Origin: Planctomycetaceae bacterium
Lineage (GTDB): Bacteria; Planctomycetota; Planctomycetia; Pirellulales; Thermoguttaceae
Assembly (NCBI GenBank): GCA_031274255.1
Contig: JAISQK010000268.1
Coordinates: forward strand, 1-49,109
Reading direction: 5' to 3'
Length of the DNA stretch: 49,109 nucleotides
Shown piece by piece: positions 19,623 to 28,812 of this stretch; position 1 is the first letter of the stretch, and each line of letters begins with the position of its first letter. The notes under the pieces are model-generated. The model was not told the DNA's origin, did not search any database, and saw nothing but the letters and a program-made list of their open reading frames with translations. Both the position numbers and the translations under genes were made by a program.

Positions 19623-20030
19623 TCAATCTGTTTTGGAAAAGGACGCCATGCACTTGAGCGTTTCCCAAAAAGTCACATTCCGGACAGGAAAACCGAGTGA
19701 TTTCGTCTGTTCGTAAATCAAACGGGCGAGATTTTCCGCTGTCGGATTGGCTTCCATCAGGTAGATCGGTTCGCCGAGCTTTTCCAGAACTTCCACCGCC
19801 GGATCGGTTCGGGAAAGCAGCATTTTATGATCGAGATGTTCGTCAATCCAGCGTCCGACCGTCCGCTTCAATTCGCCGAAATCAAGAACCATGCCGCATT
19901 CGTCGAGCGTTTCCGACGCCAAGGTGATCTCGACCCTGCCGTTGTGACCGTGTAAATAGGCACATTTCCCGTTGTAGTTCCGCAAACGGTGTCCGTAACA
20001 AAAATGAAATTCGCGTGTGACCGTATACAT
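19623..20030 (-). CDS. queD: 6-carboxy-5,6,7,8-tetrahydropterin synthase (QueD / PTPS family)
   Basis: The PTPS motifs FHFCYGHRL and HGHNGRVEI (zinc-binding His) are present. Confidence 0.9.
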   Translation of the reverse strand: MYTVTREFHFCYGHRLRNYNGKCAYLHGHNGRVEITLASETLDECGMVLDFGELKRTVGRWIDEHLDHKMLLSRTDPAVEVLEKLGEPIYLMEANPTAENLARLIYEQTKSLGFPVRNVTFWETLKCMASFSKTD

Positions 20031-20098
20031 GGGATACCGGAAGTTGCTTGAAATAATAAATCCTTCGAGGATGACGGACCGATTCCCGACTTCCCTGT

Positions 20099-20668
20099 TT
20101 AGTCTTTTGCGCGGCTGAGAAAAGCACCGTTACGGGTATCGACCTTGATGAGTTCCCCTTCCTCAAGGTATTCCGGCACCTGAACCGTGATACCGGTTTC
20201 CAGCGTTGCAGGCTTGGTGCGGCTCGTCGCGGAATTGCCCCGCACCGCCGGGTCGCACTGCGTCACCCGAAGTTCCACCGAGACAGGAATTTCCACCGCC
20301 ACACATTCGTCATTGTAAATCAACACCCGAACCCCTTCAAGGTTTTCGGAAATATACTGCATCTCTTCACTGATGTCTTCGCGGCTCAGAGAATACTGAT
20401 TATAGTCGAGTTGGTCGAGGAAAAAGCACTCGTTCGCATCGGCGTACATGAACTTCACCTCACGTTTGCGGAAGTCGGCATCCTTGAGAGCTTCCGTCCC
20501 TTTCAAGGTGATGTCCGCTTTTTGCCTGGTGATGAGATTTCTGGCACGGAATTTGTACAGTGTCGCAGCTCCTCTCGCCGACGGTGTTTGAACATTCACC
20601 GACTCAATAATACAAGGGGCTTCATTGTAAACCACGACATGACCACGTTTGATTTCTTTTGCATTCAT
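20099..20668 (-). CDS. efp: translation elongation factor P
   Basis: The product is full-length EF-P (KRGHVVVYNEAPCIIES...GAATLYKFRARNL...). Confidence 0.95.
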   Translation of the reverse strand: MNAKEIKRGHVVVYNEAPCIIESVNVQTPSARGAATLYKFRARNLITRQKADITLKGTEALKDADFRKREVKFMYADANECFFLDQLDYNQYSLSREDISEEMQYISENLEGVRVLIYNDECVAVEIPVSVELRVTQCDPAVRGNSATSRTKPATLETGITVQVPEYLEEGELIKVDTRNGAFLSRAKD

Positions 20669-20734
20669 TGGAACAGATGATTGTGTGTCAATCTAATTGT
20701 TAGTTCGTTTGGTAAATAGGATAACTTGAAGGGA

Positions 20735-21439
20735 TTATAAAACGGTTCCGCTTGCAGGGTCAAATGCCGCACCGCGGCATAATTGCTGCACGAGTTTCAA
20801 TATTTGAATCAGCGTGTTCGGATCAAGCCGTTCCGCCTGTTCAAAATCGTCCGGCGTTTCCGCGTCGCACTCCAAACTCAACTTTTGGATGAAGCTACTG
20901 TAACGCGGAAACGTGATTTTGGCAATTCCACCTTTTCCCGAAAGATGCGTTTTTTCCTGTTCCATCTGCTCGAAGTGGAGAATTTCGATTTTTGCATCGA
21001 AATTTAGTCCCCGTTCGATGCTTTTCAGTTCCCTCGGACTTCCGGTATGCTTTCGGAGTTCCTCGGCAAGGGCGTGAAATTCCCGCCGTACCGCTTCTCC
21101 TTCCTGATAAACAATATCCATCGCAGCGTTATCGTTTGGGGAAAGGACCGTCACGGCCTCCAGGAGACCTGCGTTGTTTTTCTGCAAGTTTTTGATTTCA
21201 AGGAGGTTGTGTGTTTTCTGAATTTCAGCGGCAAGACGGTCCACGCCCGGACGGTTCTCCGACGCAAGCATCACAAGATACGTCTCCCGCCAACAATACC
21301 GGCTATCCTCAAACAGTGACATCGTTTCCTCGCACATGATCATACTTGCCGCATAACGGGCGAAACATCCGAGGAGTATTATACCGGATTTCAATGAAAA
21401 ATAATAGGTGTGATTTTTATCCGGCTGTTGAGGAAGCAC
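20735..21439 (-). CDS. hypothetical protein
   Basis: The ORF has coding-like composition and no recognised motifs. The start is uncertain (several in-frame Met within the first 40 codons). Confidence 0.4.
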   Translation of the reverse strand: MLPQQPDKNHTYYFSLKSGIILLGCFARYAASMIMCEETMSLFEDSRYCWRETYLVMLASENRPGVDRLAAEIQKTHNLLEIKNLQKNNAGLLEAVTVLSPNDNAAMDIVYQEGEAVRREFHALAEELRKHTGSPRELKSIERGLNFDAKIEILHFEQMEQEKTHLSGKGGIAKITFPRYSSFIQKLSLECDAETPDDFEQAERLDPNTLIQILKLVQQLCRGAAFDPASGTVL

Positions 21440-21500
21440 TTGATTCTGTTATAATGCTGGAAATTCTACAAACTTTTTCCGCGAAAGGAACATTTTCCTC

Positions 21501-22310
21501 ATGATTACCTACCTTGAAGGACGCCATTTTCCTGAAATTGATGGCAAAATCGTTATCGTTGTTGCAAAATTCAATAAAACCATCACCGACCGGCTTCTGG
21601 AAGGTGCGCTTGATGTCCTGAAGAAGGCCGGTGTCAGTGACTCCAATATCATCGTGGTCCGCGTGCCGGGAGCGTTTGAGATTCCTATGACGGCGAACCG
21701 CACCGCCCAGTTGTCGGACACCCTTGCCGTGATCTGTCTCGGAGCCGTTATCAAAGGGGAAACCACGCATGACCAGCATATCAACCGGGCTTTGAGCTGC
21801 GAGCTGATGAGTATCGGCTGCAAAACCGGAGTGCCGGTGATTTTCGGCGTCCTGACGTGTAACACGGTGGAACAGGCTCTGGCACGTTCCGCGCAAACGG
21901 ACGAATCCGACAGGGATAAATCGGTTCAGCCGCATACCGGCAATAAAGGTGCCGACGCGGCGGAAGCGGCACTGGAAATGATTCATCTTCTTGCACAGAT
22001 TCCCGATCCCGGTCCGGACCTCAGTGACATGGCCAACATGTTCATGCACACGCTTCTGGCAGGAAAAGAGCATCAGGAAGAGGATATTTTTGACAGCAAT
22101 TTTGATTATGACGACGATGACGACGATGACGATGAGGAAGAAGACGAGGAGGAATTCGGTTGCGGGGCCCGCGGTTGTTCGTGTCACCTTCATTCCGAAT
22201 TGCCTCCCAAGCCCCGTAAGACGAAAAAGGCGGTGAAGAAGTCAACCAAAAAGGCCGTGAAAAAAGCGGCGAAAAAGTCCGCAAAGAAATCCGTCAAGAA
22301 AAAAAGATGA
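21501..22310 (+). CDS. ribH: 6,7-dimethyl-8-ribityllumazine synthase fused to an acidic / Cys-His / Lys-Ala-rich C-terminal extension
   Basis: The first ~160 aa are a canonical lumazine synthase (IVVAKFN...VPGAFEIP...GETTHDQ...). The following ~110 aa contain DYDDDDDDDDEEEDEEE, GCGARGCSCHLH and AKKAVKK repeats. Confidence 0.85.
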   Translation: MITYLEGRHFPEIDGKIVIVVAKFNKTITDRLLEGALDVLKKAGVSDSNIIVVRVPGAFEIPMTANRTAQLSDTLAVICLGAVIKGETTHDQHINRALSCELMSIGCKTGVPVIFGVLTCNTVEQALARSAQTDESDRDKSVQPHTGNKGADAAEAALEMIHLLAQIPDPGPDLSDMANMFMHTLLAGKEHQEEDIFDSNFDYDDDDDDDDEEEDEEEFGCGARGCSCHLHSELPPKPRKTKKAVKKSTKKAVKKAAKKSAKKSVKKKR

Positions 22311-22524
22311 CTCACACTCAAGCCGGTTGACATTGCCTGTAAGAGCAGATCCATTCTCCCGACAAGGTTGCGGAGAGGGAAGCGAATGTTTGTTCCGTTA
22401 CGGGAGGAACTTCGCGGCGGATGTCCGTCCGGAATTTCGGTGTCCGAGTTTCACCGCCGATCGTTTTGCGTGAAATCCTTATGTGTTTCCTTTATTTTAC
22501 ACAAGTTTAATCATCTTTACCTCC

Positions 22525-22995
22525 ATGTTTTTTGAAGAAGACGATTTTTACGTTCCGACCTCAGGAAAGTTTGCCAACCGCAGCCGCGCAAGAGCGGCGG
22601 CATTTCAGATTCTTTATCAGGAGGAGTTGAATCCCCGGTCGTCGCAGAGCCGCTGGGTGGATACGTTTCTCGAACAGGAATTGCCCGACCACGAGGAGGT
22701 TCTCCGCTTTGCCCGGACGCTCATTGAAGGAGTCCGCAAAAATCAGCCCGAACTGGACAGACAGATTGCGGAACAGTCGCGGAACTGGTCGCTTTCGAGA
22801 ATGTCGGTGACGGACCGAAACATTCTACGGCAGTCGCTTTATGAACTTTTATATCTTGAAACCCCGAAACCGGTGGTGATTTCCCAGGCGATAGAACTTG
22901 CGAGGAGTTTCGGTTCCAACGATTCCGCCGCATTCGTCAACGGGATCCTCGACCGTTTCAACAAGACAAAAGTGTCTCCGAATCAGGAAGAATAG
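22525..22995 (+). CDS. nusB: transcription antitermination factor NusB
   Basis: NusB-family motifs are present (RARAAAFQILYQ...). The ribH-nusB gene order is the classic one. Confidence 0.85.
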   Translation: MFFEEDDFYVPTSGKFANRSRARAAAFQILYQEELNPRSSQSRWVDTFLEQELPDHEEVLRFARTLIEGVRKNQPELDRQIAEQSRNWSLSRMSVTDRNILRQSLYELLYLETPKPVVISQAIELARSFGSNDSAAFVNGILDRFNKTKVSPNQEE

Positions 22996-23010
22996 CGTAC
23001 TTCCACTGAT

Positions 23011-23234
23011 CCGACCGGGCAGCGTGGCACGCGGCTCCGGTCGCGAGTCGCGACGGGCGGTTTGCCTCCCGGCTACGCAGTCGGGCAACGTGACGTTGCA
23101 TCCAGTAGCCTCATGGTCACTACGTTCCATTCGGCCTTCGGTAGACAATCTTTTCCAACTACTTCCCTTTTTTTCCGCTCGTGGATTCCAGCGACCAACG
23201 GGAGCGGGTTTATGGCTCTCGGGACGGAAGTCCC
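23011..23234. repeat. GC-rich hairpin-dense repeat element, copy A (5'-truncated?)
   Basis: It shares ggtcgcgagtcgcgacgggcggt and the terminal block ccagcgaccaacg...ctcgggacggaagtccc with the elements at 46381-46646 and 46845-46917. Confidence 0.5.
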
Positions 23235-23929
23235 ATCCGGGCTAACGTTTATACGCAAATCCCAGTGGATAAATTTTAGTTGTATCGTATTTCAATTGGT
23301 CGGGAATGATTATCTTTGCAGAAAAAAAACAGAGATATATGAAAACAAGAGATCTATTGAATCGTTTTCCGGACAAACGTTTGGGAAAAAGGGGTTAGAG
23401 CGGATTCATTATTTACGCAGACAGTATCCATTGTGTTTGAAGTCGTTTTTGCCGTCGGTTGAAGAAAAAACTTTCTCGACCCGCATAGGAACTCTTGCAG
23501 CTTCCCCACATCGCGAATTTTTTCCCGACACAACAAACTTTTCAATATTCGAGAAACTCAGCTCAATCAGATCCAGGTCCGGACAATACGGTAAACAGCG
23601 TAACACACTGTATCACACTTACCTCCTTCCGGTCTATTCGAGACGGTCAGCTTCCGAATAATGATAAAATCCTCCGCGCATCATTATGGGCGAAGTGAAA
23701 CAGTCCCGGCCAAAAGTCAGGCTTGAATGTCAAAAAGATTCCGCGATAAATTCGTGAGGCACGTAGAACTGTTGCATAGGTTTATTGACAACACGTCACA
23801 AACGTAACAATCGCTGTTATGTTTGACTGCGGAAATCATGAATCATTCAATCATTCATTCACTGCGTAGAATCAGGGCTTCCCACGAAGCGGACATCCGG
23901 GTGGATGTCTCCCATTGAGGCGGCTCGTT

Positions 23930-23987
23930 GAACCGGTTGAGTGTAATAAGTATAAGACTCCTGACCGGATCATCACGACGCGGAAGT
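23930..23987. repeat. ~41-57 bp repeat, copy 2
   Basis: The core ctcctgaccggatcatcacgacgcggaagtcttccgtcctg matches 1412-1452. It sits ~165 bp 3' of the minus-strand cdsA. Confidence 0.6.
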
Positions 23988-24150
23988 CTTCCGTCCTGAA
24001 GTTTCTGCGGTCAAACATAACGGCAAGTTTCACTTGCGTTCACTGACGAGCACATTTTTGGTACGCAAAAACCGGGCACAGGGCGTTCGCGGCATTACGG
24101 AAAACACAGGAAAAACATGAGTGTCACTCAAAAATATGCCTCCGGCGGCG

Positions 24151-25041
24151 TTACAGTACCAGCGTCCACCAGAAAAACGCGACCGGTGCGGCGATAAGAA
24201 GCGAATCAAAAATGTCGAGGAAACCGCCGAATCCCGGTACGAGCGTCCCGGAATCTTTGATTTGTACGTCACGTTTAATCAGCGACCCCGCCAAATCGCC
24301 GAGTGCTCCGGCCAGCGCCACCGCAATTCCGTAACTGAACCATTCGATAAAATCCGTGTGCCGCGACATCAAAATGGTCAGCGAGAACCACGACCCGAAC
24401 AGGGCGAACGCAAGTCCTCCCAATCCGCCTTCGATAGTTTTCTTCGGGCTGAGCTCCGGAGCCATTTTGTGACGTCCGAGCAGACGTCCGACGGTGTAGG
24501 CACCGATGTCATTCATTTTGACAATCATCACATACGACAACAGCTCGCCAATCCCGTAAACCATGCGGAGAAGGACCAGAAAACAGGCAAGAAGTCCCAG
24601 GTAGGCCATGGCAAAAACGGCCCCGGCCAGATTGATGGTGACACCGCCCGGCCGTTTGTACCGCCACATTTCTCCGGCGAACGCCACAAGGATTCCGCTT
24701 GCAAAGACGAGAACCATTCCCATACTCGCGCGGCCGGCCGCCCATTCCCAGTGCGTCGCGGCGTGTCCGGCGGAATCCAGACAGACCATGTAATCGTGAC
24801 CGACGCAAATCACCCAACAACTGACCGTCATCAACAGCGTTCCGCCGTAAACGGTGAACCGCCGCGGATACAGCCCTCCGGCGTGCAACAGGTCGAGAAA
24901 TTCCTTGCAGAGAAAAAACAGACAAACTCCGAACAACGGCAAAAGGACAATCCCCTTGATACAAAAGAGATTGTCAAGAATACACAACCCGATGAGCAGC
25001 AGCACCACAGGGACTCCAATGACCATCCGCCAAATCAGCAT
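24151..25041 (-). CDS. cdsA: phosphatidate cytidylyltransferase
   Basis: The C-terminal signature SPKKTIEG...GDL..S..KR...KDSG..PGFGG.LD is present. The protein is multi-TM. Confidence 0.9.
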   Translation of the reverse strand: MLIWRMVIGVPVVLLLIGLCILDNLFCIKGIVLLPLFGVCLFFLCKEFLDLLHAGGLYPRRFTVYGGTLLMTVSCWVICVGHDYMVCLDSAGHAATHWEWAAGRASMGMVLVFASGILVAFAGEMWRYKRPGGVTINLAGAVFAMAYLGLLACFLVLLRMVYGIGELLSYVMIVKMNDIGAYTVGRLLGRHKMAPELSPKKTIEGGLGGLAFALFGSWFSLTILMSRHTDFIEWFSYGIAVALAGALGDLAGSLIKRDVQIKDSGTLVPGFGGFLDIFDSLLIAAPVAFFWWTLVL

Positions 25042-25108
25042 TTCCTTTTTTCCCTTAATTTTGTTGTGATGTCTTGTTGATTAAAGAGGAGACCCTGTTT
25101 TGTCTGTT

Positions 25109-25831
25109 TCACGTGAACCTGTTTAATCCGCCGAAACGCCGCTCTCTTTTGGCGAAAGCCCGAACCGCTTCCGCAAGGAGCACCTCATTGAATTCCGGCC
25201 AGCACTTCTCCGTGACCCATAATTCCGCGTAACTCAACTGCCAGAGGAGATAATTACTGAGCCGTTTTTCTCCGGCGGTACGAATCAACAAATCAGGGTC
25301 AGGCATTCCCTTTGTGTAAAGATACCCGGAAATGACCGTTTCGTCAATTTTTTCCTCAGAAATTTTTCCCGCCAAAACATCGGCGGCAATTTTTCGAACC
25401 GCATCGGTGATTTCCTGACGCGATCCGTAGTTGACCGCCAGACAAAGTGTCATCCCTGTATTTTTCGCAGTTTGCTCAATTGTCTCATCCATCGCGTTGA
25501 GTGTCTCCAGTGGAATCTTTTCACGTCTCCCGATCACTTGCAGTTTCACATTGTTTTTCATCAATGTGGAACGTTCCTCAATCATGTAGTGCCGCAGCAG
25601 TTCCATAAGAAAGCGGAGTTCCTCATCCGGACGCTTCCAATTTTCGCTCGAAAAACAATACAGCGTCAGTTGCGGAAGATTCCATCGGCAGCAAATCTCC
25701 GTGATTTCCCGAACAACGGCTGCTCCCCGGCGATGACCTTCCATCCGCGGAAGTCCCTGATTTTGTGCCCAGCGTCCGTTACCATCCATAATGACGGCAA
25801 TATGTTTGGGCATTTTTTCCGGCAGTTCCAT
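25109..25831 (-). CDS. uppS: isoprenyl transferase (undecaprenyl-diphosphate synthase)
   Basis: The motifs HIAVIMDGNGRWA and ...SENWKRP..E are present. Confidence 0.95.
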   Translation of the reverse strand: MELPEKMPKHIAVIMDGNGRWAQNQGLPRMEGHRRGAAVVREITEICCRWNLPQLTLYCFSSENWKRPDEELRFLMELLRHYMIEERSTLMKNNVKLQVIGRREKIPLETLNAMDETIEQTAKNTGMTLCLAVNYGSRQEITDAVRKIAADVLAGKISEEKIDETVISGYLYTKGMPDPDLLIRTAGEKRLSNYLLWQLSYAELWVTEKCWPEFNEVLLAEAVRAFAKRERRFGGLNRFT

Positions 25832-25871
25832 AAAAATTCCTATCTGTTTGATTTATTTGATTTAATTTCAT

Positions 25872-27008
25872 TCATCTCATGAGTCTTCCATGAAGATAGA
25901 CGTCAGGACCGACCGTTGTGACTTCCATTTTGGGAATTTCTACCGCCTCCAACATTTTTTCAAGCCCGATTCCTCCCAACGGTGTCACCGCATTTTCACC
26001 GCCGATGAGTTTGGGAGCAATAAAAATATGACACTCATCAATTAAACAGAAATCGAAAAGATGCCCCAACAATGTCCCGCCGCCTTCCATAAGAAGATTT
26101 GTCACCCCGCGATCCGCCAAATTTTGGAGAAGTTTCGTCATCCGCTGCGAATAGGAAATTTCCTCTAAAAGGAGAATTTCACACCCCATTTTTTTCAATT
26201 TACACGCATTAACATCATTCAAACCCGTACCGGCGGCAACAATCACCGGTATATCTTTTGCGGTTTGCGCAAGCTGACTTTCCGGCGGCAGTGACGCTTG
26301 AGAATCCCACACCACACGAAGCGGCATTCTCTGCGGTGCGTTTCCTTCCGGCAGCCGAACGGTGAGGAGCGGATCGTCGATTTTTGCGGTCCGCGAACCG
26401 ACCATAACAGCGTCCATACGGCTGCGGATTTTATGTACGATTTCCCGCGACATTTCCGACGTGATCCATCGGCTCGAACCTGTTCGGGCGGCGATTTTTC
26501 CGTCGAGAGTCATCGCCCATTTCGCGTGAATCCAGGGACGCCGCTGCTGAGTCCGCATCAAATACGGGGCGTTCAACTCTGTCGCTTCGTCCGCCAGACA
26601 ACCGAGTGAAACGTCCATTCCCGCAGCTTGAAGACGGGCGATTCCTCCGCCGTCAACAGGAGGAAACGGGTCACGCATCGCCGCGACAATCCGCCGGATT
26701 CCGGTTCGGAAAATCGCCTCGGTACAGGGAGGTGTTTTGCCGTAATGACAGCATGGCTCAAGAGTGACATAAAGCGTTGCATTGCCGGTTGATTCCGCGG
26801 ATTCTGCGGCGGAACGAATCGCCTCCACTTCCGCGTGAGAACCGCCGAACGCCTTGTGGTATCCTTCACCGATGATCTTTCCATCGCGGACGATGACGCA
26901 ACCAACCATCGGGTTCGGCTCGACAGCACCCTCGCCGCGTGAAGCAAGCTCCAATGCCCGCCGCATGAACCGAATATCATCTTCCGAAAAAACGCTCATT
27001 TTATCCAT
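25872..27008 (-). CDS. ribD: bifunctional riboflavin biosynthesis protein RibD (deaminase/reductase)
   Basis: The CMP/dCMP deaminase zinc motif is present (HAEVEA...PCCHYGKTPPC). The C-terminal part is a RibD reductase domain. The likely start is MDKMSVF at 27008. Confidence 0.9.
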   Translation of the reverse strand: MDKMSVFSEDDIRFMRRALELASRGEGAVEPNPMVGCVIVRDGKIIGEGYHKAFGGSHAEVEAIRSAAESAESTGNATLYVTLEPCCHYGKTPPCTEAIFRTGIRRIVAAMRDPFPPVDGGGIARLQAAGMDVSLGCLADEATELNAPYLMRTQQRRPWIHAKWAMTLDGKIAARTGSSRWITSEMSREIVHKIRSRMDAVMVGSRTAKIDDPLLTVRLPEGNAPQRMPLRVVWDSQASLPPESQLAQTAKDIPVIVAAGTGLNDVNACKLKKMGCEILLLEEISYSQRMTKLLQNLADRGVTNLLMEGGGTLLGHLFDFCLIDECHIFIAPKLIGGENAVTPLGGIGLEKMLEAVEIPKMEVTTVGPDVYLHGRLMR

Positions 27009-27206
27009 TTTTTCTACAGAGACATAAATTAAAAACGTAACGGTATGATTCCCCGTTCCAGACAAGTAAAACAAGGAGAGACATTTTAGCAAAAATTCAC
27101 GGCAAATGAACATCCGGCGTAAAATGCCGTAAAATAATTGATCTTTCAAAAAAATCCGTTGTGTGGTAAAATCACAATAACGATTACAGTACAAGGAGGT
27201 ATTTTG

Positions 27207-27854
27207 GTGTCCGTAAATCAAAAAAGGCAAAATTCGTTTTTTACCGCCGTTTCCAATGTTCTTCGCGGGATGATCGTCTTCACTGTTTTAATCAGTCTGC
27301 CGATTTTTGCAATTTTCTGGGACAAAATGCCGGAAGGAGTCCAAAAAGGGCTTAACCGGTTTCGTTATTTTGTGCATAACATCACAGAAGACACCACATC
27401 AAATGACGTGTCAGAAGTTCCGTTATCGGTTCCGTCACCCGTTGCATTGCCCTCCGCTGACAATACGGTGATGAATCGGACGGTAATGAATCCGTCTCCG
27501 GCGTTGACAACCGTTCTTCCTCAAAAAAAACCGCAACCTCTTGCAGCGATTCAACTTGTGTCCAATACTCAGTCGCAGTATGCGAATGCACTTCAATATG
27601 GACCGGAGACACAGTCCTCACAAAGTGCAGAAGTTGTACAGATCGAAATGGAGTTGCAACGGCTTGGAGCGAAAAACTGCCGATTGGAAAATTGGGGAAA
27701 TGACGGGCTTTTCTACAGATATTCCTGTTTCGTTTCTCCAAGTCATGGTAACGAGCGGTTCCGGCGGTATTTTCAGGAAATCGCGTCGTCTCCGGCAGAA
27801 GCAATGAAAAAAGTACATGAGAGAGTCACTCTGTGGCAACAGGAATGGCGTTAA
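27207..27854 (+). CDS. hypothetical membrane-anchored protein
   Basis: A GTG start lies 7 nt after the RBS aaggagg. One TM segment is predicted. Its stop abuts the scpB start. Confidence 0.4.
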   Translation: MSVNQKRQNSFFTAVSNVLRGMIVFTVLISLPIFAIFWDKMPEGVQKGLNRFRYFVHNITEDTTSNDVSEVPLSVPSPVALPSADNTVMNRTVMNPSPALTTVLPQKKPQPLAAIQLVSNTQSQYANALQYGPETQSSQSAEVVQIEMELQRLGAKNCRLENWGNDGLFYRYSCFVSPSHGNERFRRYFQEIASSPAEAMKKVHERVTLWQQEWR

Positions 27855-28547
27855 ATGTCATGGAACAGGAAATTTACACAAAATAAATTGCAGGGGTTTT
27901 CACATCCCTTAGTGAAAAAAATTCCGGTTTTCTCGCTTCAAACACGAGATTGTGTTTGTGAGCATGATTTGTATTCCCCGGAAATTTTGTCTGAATCTGT
28001 TCCCGAACCGCAGCAGTTATGGGATGGAACACTCTCCGAAGAACAGCGTCTTGAAGCGGTGTTATTCCTTGCACAGGAACCGCTTACGGCAAAAAAACTG
28101 ACACAGTTCGCCGATTTGAAGGATGGCCGCCAAGTGAGAAAATTGGTGAAAAATATCAATGAACGGTACGATTCCGCGTCACGGGCATTTCGAATTTATG
28201 AAATTGCAGGCGGATTTCAAATGCGAACCCGATCCCTGTTTGCTTCATGGCTTTGCCGGTTGCATGAAGTGCCGTTAGAAGTGCGTCTCAGTCAACCGGC
28301 CATGGAAACGCTCGCCGTCATCGCCTACAAACAGCCGGTTCTCCGCGCGACCATCGAAAAAATCCGCGGTGTGCAGTGTGCGGAACTGATCCGCCAATTG
28401 CTTGATCAGGATCTGGTGCGTATTTTAGGAAAGTCAGAGGAATTGGGAAAACCTTTTCTGTACGGCACGACAAAACATTTCCTCGAAGTTTTTGGACTGA
28501 ACCATCTGGACGAGCTTCCTGATCGTAATTCCATGGCGGTTTTTTGA
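27855..28547 (+). CDS. scpB: segregation and condensation protein B
   Basis: ScpB winged-helix motifs are present (EAVLFLAQEPLTAKKL...MRTRSLFASWL...LETLAVIAYKQP). No scpA is adjacent. Confidence 0.85.
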   Translation: MSWNRKFTQNKLQGFSHPLVKKIPVFSLQTRDCVCEHDLYSPEILSESVPEPQQLWDGTLSEEQRLEAVLFLAQEPLTAKKLTQFADLKDGRQVRKLVKNINERYDSASRAFRIYEIAGGFQMRTRSLFASWLCRLHEVPLEVRLSQPAMETLAVIAYKQPVLRATIEKIRGVQCAELIRQLLDQDLVRILGKSEELGKPFLYGTTKHFLEVFGLNHLDELPDRNSMAVF

Positions 28548-28812
28548 ATTTTTGACTGGCTTTTTAACAAGTTAATGAGAGACATGTAAAACTTTTTGAA
28601 AATTTTTCTTCCTGAAAAACAGGAGGGTCGCTTGATGGAATCTCGGTTTATATGATATAATGCTCAAAGTGGCGGTTAGCTTACGCAGTATTTGTAAAAC
28701 CGATCAAGTTCCGGAACGATCTTGACGAAATAGCAAAAACTGCCGTTGGCATGAACGGCATTTCAAAAATAGACTTTTTGTTAATCCCCTCAAATATGTA
28801 AAGGATATCAAA

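Noticed and set aside
22996-23260. RNase P RNA, tmRNA, SRP RNA or 6S RNA in the ORF-free gaps (the same question applies to 46380-47030).
   Set aside because: The sequence ggacggaagtcccatccgggct loosely recalls the RNase P P4 strand GGAAAGUCCGGGCUCC. However, no other universal RNase P blocks (GGUAAGAGCGCACC, ACAGAACCCGGCUUA), no tmRNA 3' end and no SRP domain IV are present.
27009-27206. A possible FMN (RFN) riboswitch upstream of ribD.
   Set aside because: Neither strand of the ribD 5' region shows the conserved RFN core (GGGGCAGGGTGAAATTCCC / CCGACGGT...). The region looks like a plain divergent promoter.
27207-27854. Whether the gene translationally coupled to scpB is scpA.
   Set aside because: The sequence has no kleisin/ScpA motifs (no LEDFEGPLDLLL-type N-terminus). 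It is an unrelated membrane-anchored hypothetical protein.
28730-28760. A sigma54-like promoter motif ttggcatgaacggcatttc upstream of the acidic-protein gene.
   Set aside because: The spacing and the -12 element (GCATT versus TTGCA) do not fit the TGGCAC-N5-TTGC consensus. It is more likely a chance GGCAT direct repeat.
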